DNA from: Candidatus Thorarchaeota archaeon
Lineage (GTDB): Archaea; Asgardarchaeota; Thorarchaeia; Thorarchaeales; Thorarchaeaceae
DNA length: 41,456 nt
Direction of reading: 5' to 3'
Assembly: GCA_048884965.1 (NCBI GenBank)
Contig: JBHLQH010000032.1
Span: 1 to 41,456, forward strand
Shown: one piece after another, positions 10,657 through 20,100 of the stretch
Layout of the letters: every line of letters starts with the position of its first letter
Numbering within the stretch: the first letter of the stretch is position 1
Notes under the pieces: generated by a model
The model's input: only the letters and a program-made list of their open reading frames with translations
The model's database searches: none
What the model was told of the DNA's origin: nothing
Made by a program: the position numbers and the translations under genes

Positions 10657-10831
10657 TAATCTTGTCTCCAATTCTACTAATATTTGCCAAACTCAGCCCA
10701 AAGGGTTTGTCCAAGATGAGCTTATGATTTGGTTTTCATTGCCCATAAAGCGCTTTCGCTGTGAGAGCCTCGAAGACGGTTATATTCATCATAGTGGTAA
10801 AAAGATTCCCGTATGTCACTAGATATCTCAG

Positions 10832-11992
10832 CTAGGTCCATTTGAAGTGCGAGATGAAATCTTGAATTGGTCCTGATAGTAGATATTGGAAATTCACTAA
10901 CAGACCCAGTGCATGAGCGAGAAAGATACCAATGGCAACACTCTGATACATCCTCATATCTTCCTCTCTTCCCAGGTATAGAAACGGGATGATGAACCAA
11001 TAATAATACCACATCAAAACCCAAGGAATGAAAATCAAAGCTAATGGTAAAAGAAAGATGTAGATGGTCCTCCAGTCCCTTGTTCGTAGTGACAGGGTTG
11101 GTACTGGAACGTTCCTGATTCGTTTGGTCTGGAACAATCCATAAATCACGGAAATCATGAAAGCTGCAGGTGCGATGATTGCAAGAGGATTGGCAAACAC
11201 GTGTCCTATGTAGAATGGATTTGGAATGATATTGGCATAGCTACTGGTGGCAAAGAAATGCTCGAATAAGGCATTATATTGAATCTGTGCAAGTAGAAGA
11301 GGTGCAGCAAGTACTCCACTAGATATCAGAAATCCAACCAGTGCCAAGGGGCTTGCTGCGATTAGAACTGGAAGAATCATTGCAGGATAGATTTTTGTCT
11401 GGAACGCGATTCCTAACGTAGCACCTGCGGAAAACATCTTCCCCTCCTTATAGAGAAGGAATGAAATCATCCAGAGTAAATCAGCCAAAGGATCAGCCTT
11501 GCCAAATACTACTGACATGAAGAAGCCAAAGAAGTAGTAGGTGCCGCCAAATAACCAGAACCACTTTCTAGACCAGTATTCCTGCCCAGCATATAGTAGT
11601 AAGATGATGTTGATTGTGAATATGAAGACAAGCACTACATTTGCCAGATAATGGGGACCGAACCAACCTGGTTCAAGTGCTGCAAGACCGGCATAGAAGA
11701 GGAGTGTCACAATCGGGTATTCATAGGAAACATTGTGGACATCAGTAAGTAGATGATCAGAAGGAATGTCATAAGTTTCATTGAGATATCTATCAGTGAA
11801 ATCATAGACCTCTATACCTTCTGTAAGGAAAAGTTCCCCATAAAGCATATTTCGATTGCAGTCGCGTTGAATGACCAAGAAGTCTGTAATTGGTATAAAG
11901 AATAGTGACAGGGCTAGAGATAGAATCAGTAGATTCTTGTATCTGAGAATTACTTCCTTCACAGAAATCTTGGGGGGCATGGCCTCTGGCAT
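10832..11992 (-). CDS. Polytopic GT-C glycosyltransferase-like protein (GT87/DUF2029, PimE/PIG-M-like)
   Basis: YEYP loop motif, GKAD, TKIYP, ~10 TM segments. Start moved to ATG 11992 (alternative 11980) because the longer ORF overlaps the divergent gene. Confidence 0.65.
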   Translation of the reverse strand: MPEAMPPKISVKEVILRYKNLLILSLALSLFFIPITDFLVIQRDCNRNMLYGELFLTEGIEVYDFTDRYLNETYDIPSDHLLTDVHNVSYEYPIVTLLFYAGLAALEPGWFGPHYLANVVLVFIFTINIILLLYAGQEYWSRKWFWLFGGTYYFFGFFMSVVFGKADPLADLLWMISFLLYKEGKMFSAGATLGIAFQTKIYPAMILPVLIAASPLALVGFLISSGVLAAPLLLAQIQYNALFEHFFATSSYANIIPNPFYIGHVFANPLAIIAPAAFMISVIYGLFQTKRIRNVPVPTLSLRTRDWRTIYIFLLPLALIFIPWVLMWYYYWFIIPFLYLGREEDMRMYQSVAIGIFLAHALGLLVNFQYLLSGPIQDFISHFKWT

Positions 11993-12086
11993 GAAGTAAG
12001 GCTCTTTTAAGAGATTGGATTTCGTTGTTGCACTATTCTTAAATGGAGCACAATGTCTAGCCGCATCCCTTGGAGACCTCGATAGA

Positions 12087-13523
12087 ATGAACCCCCATAA
12101 CTCTCGCCCTTCAATGAAGGACATGCTAGACATAAAATCAGTGGCGATCGTTGGTGTGTCACAGAAGCTAGGATACTATTGGGTCCATTCAATGCTCCAA
12201 TGGAAACATGATCTGAATATCTGGCTTGTATCGAAGAGTGGTGGAGAAGTCCTTGGCAAATCAATCCTGACTGACTTGAATCAGATTCCTGAGGACATCG
12301 ATTATGCGATCATCGCGGTTCCAAAGAAATATGTGACAGAAGTATTCAAGCAAATCTCTGCAAAAGGAGCAAAAGGTGCAACAATCTTCACAAGTGGATT
12401 TTCTGAACTGGGTACTGCTGAAGGCAGAGATGCAGAAGCAAGTTTGAAGGAACTTGTCCTAACCTCTACCACCAGAGTACTAGGTCCAAATTGCATGGGA
12501 CTCTGCTATCCGAAACTGGGTTTTGCATTCATGCCGACAGCTGAAAGAGGAATTGGCGATATAGGTTTCCTTTCTCAATCCGGAGGCGTTGCTATAGCGA
12601 CTTATACAACAGGTGTTGAATCAGGTTTGGGATTTAGCAAGATATTCAGCTTTGGTAATTCCATTGATATAACACCATCAGAGATTTTGCGGTACTATCA
12701 CGACGACAAAGAAACAAAGGTTGTAGGTGCCTATATCGAGGGAACAAAAGAAGGAAAGGAGTTCTATGCCTCTATCAAGGAACTCGCTGTGAAGAAGCCG
12801 ATCGTTGTGCTCAAAGGTGGAAGATCAGATGAGGGCTCAAGAGCCGCTTCCTCACATACAGGAGCCCTAGCAGGTAGTAGGGAAATCTGGGATGCAGTGT
12901 TCAAACAAGCAAATATACCAACAGTGAGAACACTTGAGGAAATGGTTGCAACACTCAGCGTTTTCTCACTCTGTCCTCCACCAAAATCAGCTAATGTTGG
13001 TATCGTCGCAATTAGTGGTGGAACCAGCGTCATCTATACAGATCTCTGCATTGAGCAGGGACTAAAAGTTCCTCGAACTTCAGATGGAACAATTCAAAAG
13101 TTAGACGAGCTGATTCGAGATGTTGGTACAGGATTGGGAAACCCCATCGACTTGGCAGCAGACTACTACAACGATAGTACGATGCGAGAAGTCATCACTT
13201 TGGTTGGTGCTGAAACGAATTTCGACTCCATCATAATTGAAGCGGATGTTCACAATATGCATCAAGTCGCTTCGATAATGGATGCTCAAGATGTCCTGGT
13301 AGATTACTGGAAAGCTATGGCAGAGGAAGCAAGAAGGATTATTGACAGGCAAAGCAAGCCAGTTGTGGTGGCGATTCCTGAAGTCGCGTATCCACATGCA
13401 AGAACTGCAGCATGGAAAGTATTTGTTGAGCATAGAATCCCTGTGATGAGAAATATCAGTGAGGCAGTTACGGCAATAGCAAAGGTCGCATCATATAAGG
13501 AAAGGAGAGATATGCTTCATTAG
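12087..13523 (+). CDS. acdA: ADP-forming acyl/acetyl-CoA synthetase alpha subunit (CoA-binding plus CoA-ligase domains)
   Basis: SVAIVGVS, FTSGFSE, LGPNCMG, SQSGG, AASSHTGALAG (phospho-His), ISGG, NPIDL. No ATP-grasp domain. Likely start ATG 12087. Confidence 0.85.
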   Translation: MNPHNSRPSMKDMLDIKSVAIVGVSQKLGYYWVHSMLQWKHDLNIWLVSKSGGEVLGKSILTDLNQIPEDIDYAIIAVPKKYVTEVFKQISAKGAKGATIFTSGFSELGTAEGRDAEASLKELVLTSTTRVLGPNCMGLCYPKLGFAFMPTAERGIGDIGFLSQSGGVAIATYTTGVESGLGFSKIFSFGNSIDITPSEILRYYHDDKETKVVGAYIEGTKEGKEFYASIKELAVKKPIVVLKGGRSDEGSRAASSHTGALAGSREIWDAVFKQANIPTVRTLEEMVATLSVFSLCPPPKSANVGIVAISGGTSVIYTDLCIEQGLKVPRTSDGTIQKLDELIRDVGTGLGNPIDLAADYYNDSTMREVITLVGAETNFDSIIIEADVHNMHQVASIMDAQDVLVDYWKAMAEEARRIIDRQSKPVVVAIPEVAYPHARTAAWKVFVEHRIPVMRNISEAVTAIAKVASYKERRDMLH

Positions 13524-13565
13524 CATATCTCTTATGTTTGTCCAATGTATGTAGAAAGTCCTATA

Positions 13566-13916
13566 TCATTTCATCTTCTCTACTGGATAGATTTCGAAAT
13601 AGGGTTCTTCTAGTAGAACCTTCTGATAAAAGTCACACATTATACAGTCAGTTATCTTCTCTGAAAAGGTTAGATTGCAAACTTTGCTACCCATAGTACC
13701 AGCTACTACCCAGCACACACGACCCCCGTTTATCCCTCTGTTCACACCATCTAACCAAACAGCTTCTGCTGCAGGACAAACACCATCCTTAACAGCTTTC
13801 ATACCACCGGGTTCTCGTCCACAATTTCTTGCTTCCCAGCAATTGAGTAGACCTTCAGAAGATTTTTCCGAACTTGCTTCTATAGATTTTGATTCCTCTT
13901 TTCCTAGAGATGACAT
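13566..13916 (-). CDS. 'Two-CW' domain Cys-rich protein, putatively metal-binding
   Basis: NCWEARNCGREPGG...CPA...GRVCWVVAGT...C...CIMCDFY. Start ATG 13916 or GTG 13925. Confidence 0.75.
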   Translation of the reverse strand: MSSLGKEESKSIEASSEKSSEGLLNCWEARNCGREPGGMKAVKDGVCPAAEAVWLDGVNRGINGGRVCWVVAGTMGSKVCNLTFSEKITDCIMCDFYQKVLLEEPYFEIYPVEKMK

Positions 13917-14172
13917 TGTTGACACCGAAATCTAGAAGTGAAATATAGTAAATATAAACACAACTTGTACTTACATTATTTAACTTATTATTTGCATATA
14001 TCTTTTAATCAAATACATAATGTAATTATTAAAGGAGAATTAGGTTAAATTATGGAATTCCGTACAGACATGGATTGGTGTGGATAACGAAGGATGAATG
14101 ATTTATTCCGAAGTAACTTGGCAACAGCGATTGCCATTTGTATCTGGTGTAGTCTTTCCATTCAAGTCCCAC

Positions 14173-15285
14173 TCAGTTCATACTCGCGATACTATAGATA
14201 TAATCTATAAGACCCTCAGAAATAGTAGCAGAAGTCTTTGTCCCTTCAAAATCGACATGCTCTGTCTTCAATGAGTGCCCTAATTGCTCTAAGTTTCGAG
14301 ATATCAGATCTAAGCCATCCATATCCGTGGTAAGTCCAAACTTGAGCACAGCGAGAATTTCAAAGCCATAATATGTCAACCATAATGGAAGGAGATTAGC
14401 TCGCCTGCCACCTATATGTACAGAAACGTTTTGAATCTCTTCTTCTCTTAGCACCACGACTAATGGGATCAACTTTGAGGCACGAGTTCCTGTCATTCGC
14501 TGAACATCGAGGAATAGAGTTGATCCTTTTTCCATCAGTTGCTTTTCCAAACAATAGATTGCTCTATCGTAAATCGCATTCCGTATTAACTGAAAATCAC
14601 CCTCAGTGGGGAGCTCTTCAAACAGGTCCTTTGGATTACCATCGAATCCTGCAAGCTCATCAATTCCAAAGCCTTCCAATACACCCTTCTGAAATCTGAA
14701 CCATTGGCGTCTATCCATTTTTTCTATCGTGTGAACCAGAGTCTTCTTGAGTTTATCCCAATCCATTGATAGCATTATCTCATCATATTTCTTCCAAATC
14801 ATTCGTGGAGACTTACCAAGTGTGACACCAGATGAATTACATAGATTGATTCGTGTTGAATCCTTCCCACCAAGAAGATATCTCAAGGAATAGTCGATCT
14901 CCACAATTGTGTGTTCATCTAGCAATACACAGACATGCTGTATAATTGGGGTCAGATTGATCCGTTCCAATTTATTCTGAGAAAGATCGATATCCTCTAG
15001 ATGTGGCGAATCAAATAATGGCCAGAGACTAATGGTGGAGAGTCTATTGCGATGTATTTTGAGATGCTTGATGGATTTTATCTTTGCCAATGGCAAAAGA
15101 TCAATATCTTCTAGGTTATTCTTGGATAGATCTATAGTTTCTAATGACCTACATCCATGAAGTGACGAAAGATCTATCCTTTTGATACCTCTCATCGAGA
15201 GATCAATCCTTTTGATATCTAAAGGGATTCCTGATTCCTCTTGCCGCCCATGGATGCTTTCATACCGAATCGAGAATGTTTCCAT
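14173..15285 (-). CDS. Leucine-rich repeat protein with an unknown helical C-terminal domain
   Basis: About 4 LRRs of 22 aa (LETIDLSKNNLEDIDL, IKHLKIHRNRLSTISL, LEDIDLSQNKLERINL). Likely start ATG 15285 (METFS). Confidence 0.8.
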   Translation of the reverse strand: METFSIRYESIHGRQEESGIPLDIKRIDLSMRGIKRIDLSSLHGCRSLETIDLSKNNLEDIDLLPLAKIKSIKHLKIHRNRLSTISLWPLFDSPHLEDIDLSQNKLERINLTPIIQHVCVLLDEHTIVEIDYSLRYLLGGKDSTRINLCNSSGVTLGKSPRMIWKKYDEIMLSMDWDKLKKTLVHTIEKMDRRQWFRFQKGVLEGFGIDELAGFDGNPKDLFEELPTEGDFQLIRNAIYDRAIYCLEKQLMEKGSTLFLDVQRMTGTRASKLIPLVVVLREEEIQNVSVHIGGRRANLLPLWLTYYGFEILAVLKFGLTTDMDGLDLISRNLEQLGHSLKTEHVDFEGTKTSATISEGLIDYIYSIASMN

Positions 15286-15308
15286 GTGCGGCACCAGGTA
15301 TCTATTCC

Positions 15309-16796
15309 TCAAATGAGTCCAACTTTCTCGTTGAATTCACCGATCAGCTCATCGATCTTTGGAGTGCTCTTTTGAATTGAACCCCAATAGTTGCTATAGT
15401 CATACCATTGACGATTGAGCTCCTCAACATGGAATCCCTGTTGTTCAATCCAAGTGAAATACTTGAGATGATGAACTCGCTTTCTATCATAGTAGTTCAA
15501 CTCTATCATTGCATCAGTCTTCTGACCCAACAATCTGCTATAGTAATCACGAATTGCATGATCCTTGTTATACTCTCCATGTGCCGCTCGAGCTTCAGCA
15601 AGTCGTGACTGGTACATCTCCATTGAGTCTGTGGCTACTGTCAAGACAACATCATTCTTGGTTAGCTCGTAGTATTTAGCGTATTTAATGCTCATCAAAA
15701 TGTTCGCGATACTCGAGATTCCAAGTAGAGGGAGCTTAGAGACAAGTTCCTCGTCAACGCCAATCTCATCGATCAAGAATCTCTGTCCTGCAGGTTCATT
15801 GAACAGACGAATGATATTCATTGGATCATTATCATCAATGGCAATAATCATGTCAGTATTTTTGACATTGTGAATCCAAGGCACATGCTTATCGCCAATT
15901 CCTTCGATTCTGTGCCCACCATATCCGTTCAACCAGAGTGTGGGACATTGAACAGCTTCCCCAGCTGCAACACGTGAATAGGGATATGCCTGTTTCATGA
16001 AGTCCGCTGACGCAATTGTGCCAGCTGAACCAGTTGTAAGACAAACACCCTGATAGGTATCATTTCCAAGCTCCTTCTCAAGTACTTCCTTCATGGCATT
16101 GCCTGTAACATCGTAGTGAAACAGATAATTACCGAATTCAGAAAACTGGTTGAAGATGAATACGTCATCGCGCGTTCGACGCAATTCCCATACTTTATCA
16201 TAGATCTCCTTTACATTGCTCTCGCATCCGGGAGTAGCAATCACTTCACTAGCAACTGTCCTTAGCCATTCAAATCGTTCCTTCGACATTTCCTCCGGGA
16301 GTATTGCAATGCTTTCGCAAGCGAGCAACTTTGAGTCATAAGCTCCTCCTCTACAATAGTTGCCTGTTGAAGGCCAGACAGCTTTATGCTTTGTTGGATC
16401 GAACTGACCAGTGACCAGTGGAGGTACTAAACATCCAAAAGCAGCTCCTACCTTGTGGGCACCAGTTGGAAACCATTTCCCAATCATCGTGATGATACGA
16501 GCATCAACACCTGTAACTTCTTTGGGTAGCTCTATATAATTCGCTGTTGAACGGAAGAGACCTCCCTTCTCAGCAGGTTCATTCTTCCAAGTGATCCTGA
16601 AAAGATTCTCAGGAGTAATATCCCAGAGCCCAATGTGCTTGAGCTTCTCTTTGATTACATCAGGACTTCTCTCTGGGTGCTTCATTTGTTCAAAGGTGGG
16701 AATGATAATGTTCCTCTCTCTGCACCTCTCAATAGTGCGCTTGAGTTGTTCTTCATTCTTTGTAAGATCAATCATTCTTAGTTCCTCGTTCTGCAT
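15309..16796 (-). CDS. PLP-dependent fold-type II enzyme (cysteine synthase/tryptophan synthase beta superfamily, long ~490-aa subgroup)
   Basis: FPTGAHK (PLP Lys), STGNY, GSAGT phosphate loop, IEGIG. Start uncertain (16820, 16796 or 16775). Confidence 0.8.
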   Translation of the reverse strand: MQNEELRMIDLTKNEEQLKRTIERCRERNIIIPTFEQMKHPERSPDVIKEKLKHIGLWDITPENLFRITWKNEPAEKGGLFRSTANYIELPKEVTGVDARIITMIGKWFPTGAHKVGAAFGCLVPPLVTGQFDPTKHKAVWPSTGNYCRGGAYDSKLLACESIAILPEEMSKERFEWLRTVASEVIATPGCESNVKEIYDKVWELRRTRDDVFIFNQFSEFGNYLFHYDVTGNAMKEVLEKELGNDTYQGVCLTTGSAGTIASADFMKQAYPYSRVAAGEAVQCPTLWLNGYGGHRIEGIGDKHVPWIHNVKNTDMIIAIDDNDPMNIIRLFNEPAGQRFLIDEIGVDEELVSKLPLLGISSIANILMSIKYAKYYELTKNDVVLTVATDSMEMYQSRLAEARAAHGEYNKDHAIRDYYSRLLGQKTDAMIELNYYDRKRVHHLKYFTWIEQQGFHVEELNRQWYDYSNYWGSIQKSTPKIDELIGEFNEKVGLI

Positions 16797-17173
16797 AAGA
16801 CACGATTCAAGTACGCACATATAATCATGAAAAAGCCTTTCGGCAGGTTCCTACTAAGGCCATATTTTAAGTATCCACCTGTATGAGTTCATCACAAATG
16901 AATCATATGCATTAATCATTCAAAACACCGGAAGTCATCCTTGGAAGATAGCTGAAAGAATAAAGTTACTGAGTGTGGATAGAAATTGACAATAATAGAT
17001 AGTTCCATCTATTGGAGAGATACAATAAATGCTTGCTTACATTCTGTAGGTAGTATTCTATGCATCGTTAAAATCCCTTAGGAACTGTATTGTGATATTC
17101 ACACAGTATAAAAGCGGCTTTCACAAATGTTAAGCAATCTCATTCGCGGGTTTAGCATTTTTGGGGCTGGCAT

Positions 17174-20100
17174 ATGAAGAGAAATCGATTCGTCCTGATA
17201 TCGGTTCTAATTATATTGATACTGGTAAGTCTTGACTTTGAACAAGCAGTTAGTCATAGATATATGAGGAACGATGAAACAGAAGAGCTGATGACTGGTG
17301 AAACCTCACTTATTAGAAATGAGCTATCAGAAACAGCTACACCACCTCGAACTCCTAAGGATTTGAGGAATCTGGTTCTGGAACTCACGGAGGTGACGCC
17401 TGAGGCAAATAGAACAGATGCAGATGGTGATGGGCTATATGATCCAGTTGAGGCTGTAATTGGAACCAATCCAAGTAGTAATGATACTGATCACGATAAC
17501 GTAACAGATTATTATGAAGTGTTAAACGGATTGGATCCTCTTAATCCAGACTCAAACGATGATGGGATTGCGGATTACGATGAAATAAATGTAGTACTTG
17601 ACTTAGATAATGATGATATACCAAATGCATGGGATTTTGATAATGATGGCGATGGTGTAAACGATGACCCTGATCTTTCACCATTCGCTTGCTCAACTGT
17701 TGAAGACTATTTTGATATACACATCCAAACAGATGGCGAACCTACATTCATTAACATTCAGCTCGTGCCTGAGAAACTTGAGCACCTGAAGCTCTTCTAT
17801 CAAACATGGGATTGGCCTGATGATGATGAAGGTCTGATGCAAGACCACGATAAATCAAAGGATGACCTTCGTATTGACCCACTTCTAAAAATATCGACCA
17901 CCTCGATACCAAATGAAACGGCACTAGCAGAGATGAACATCGAAGCAACAGGTCAAGAGATGTATGTCAAACTAACACCTGTCGTTGAGTATGAAACTAT
18001 CGTTGCATTGAACGCTAGAATTCTCTATACAGACCCAGTACCATTTGATATTAATTTGAGAGCAGAACTCATATGGAACATATTTGGAGCCTCTGATGCA
18101 ACCGTTAATGTCTTGAAATCCAATGACAAATACCTATCATATGGAAAGGACATGCGAGCAATCTGCAATATTACTGATCCAGCATATGCCATTCCTCTTG
18201 AGATGATTATAATTAGTGATACAGAACTAAGAACAAAATTCGCATTGAAAATAATCGGCGGTCCTTTCCTCAGTGTGAATCCAGCTACAGGAATTCTTGC
18301 GTTCACCGGTTCATCGATTGGCCAGTATGAGACTTTCTTATTCTTGAATGACCTCGGATGGATCAGTGGATACAATGGAGATGTGTTCTCTATCAATACA
18401 GATGGAACGATGGTGTTGCGCTATTCGCCACGACCAACCTTTGAATTGGTAGAAACTGTCCATGTGAGCAATACAGATCTGGTCAAATACAAAGAACCTT
18501 GTCGAATTACTGGAATTACGGTAGAAGAGTTCTATGGTACAGATATGGGTATTTTCTATAATAGTACAGACATCAATCAGACAATGTCAGCTAATTGGTT
18601 GATGACATATGTCTTCATGAATAATGCTACAACAACTATGAGTGATATGCCAACGATTCTAGAGGAATACAATATCACTATATCAAGCAGTTTTGATACG
18701 GCCAGAGACAAATACCAAGCACTAGTAGTACTGAGCAATGAGCTAATACCGGGTGCGCTTGTTGGTAACTTACATTCAGAGTTTATGCCAATCATTATCG
18801 CCTTGGAGGAACGATGCAAGACGTTAGATTTGTCCAATAGTCTGAGTGGGACGTATATGATGGATCAATCGTGCGACTTCAATCTTGTAGCTTCAGACCT
18901 TTACACTACAAAATCCATGAAAACGAATTGGTACAACAGTACTACTAATATTGTTCTATCACCACTGGAGTTGTGTGTCGTTGTCGCAACTCTAGATCTT
19001 TCAGAAATGGCTTCTGTAAATCTTTTGACTGCGATATTGAGATGGAATACGGGAATCTATCAGGTGACAAAGGTAAACGAAATTCTGCAATCATTCAAAG
19101 GACCAGAATCAGAAGAACTAGATATTGTTTCAGGAGTGTTGTATGGAGGTTTAGAGTTCTTAAATCTAAATGGCAGACTAATCGTTGCCTGTAGAGCATG
19201 GGAAATTCTTGCTAGCTACATTGGGAATTATAATCGAATTGGACTTGGACTAGATGAAATAAACGCTCGACTCAATCTCATAAAGAAACGTCTAGGTGAT
19301 GGTGTAGGTTTTCTTGACAATGTTCTTAGTCTTGGAAAGAGCAAGAGATGGTGTACGTGGCTTAAACATATAGATACACTAAACATGAACACTAACACTC
19401 GATTTTCAAGGTTCTTTAAGTGCTTTGAAAAAGTTCTCTTTGTTATCGGACTTTTGGTAGATATAGGCCTATCAATTTGGGCTGGCTTTGCAATAGCTGA
19501 TCAAATAGGTGGTCAACTAGGAAGAGACCTAGGAACAAACTATGGAGTAATAGCTTCGATAATGGGATTACTCATTATTGCCCTCGTTCTCATCATTGAA
19601 CAGATACCTCTCGTAGGCTGGATTATTGCATTAGTTGCATGCATAGTAGATGCTGCGGGTGGATTCTCAGCACGTCTTGTAGAGTATCTCACTAAACTTT
19701 TCTTTGGCACTCCATATACGTGTGGAACCACGATGCCTAATATCCGCTTTACCGATGCACCGGATGTGTCGATATATGATTTTGACAAGAATGGGCTAGA
19801 CGTCGGAGATGCCTTGCATGTTTCAGGTTCAATATGGAATGAGATAGAGGCTACAATCAAAACAGGATTAATGATTCTTACAGAATACCTGTTTACACAA
19901 CAATACTTGGCGCAATTCTGGATATCTGCATCAGCCATACTGTCAGAAATCCGTTTCATTACTGCAGACCCAGGGGCTCAGATTTGGTATGACCCCACAT
20001 TACAACAAGAAACAATTGAACAGCATACTGGCGATAACCCCTATACCTACAAATCCTCGACTCGATATACATTTGGGGCATGGCTCTCACCATCGGTCGC

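Noticed and set aside
11993-12133. Apparent head-to-head overlap of the GT-C and ACD ORFs
   Set aside because: An artefact of maximal ORF extension. Starts at 11992 and 12087 leave a normal divergent promoter gap.
16821-17173. Short imperfect inverted repeats upstream of the 2191-aa gene, considered as mobile-element ends
   Set aside because: They are short and AT-rich, with no matching ends or target duplication found on the other side and no transposase or integrase.
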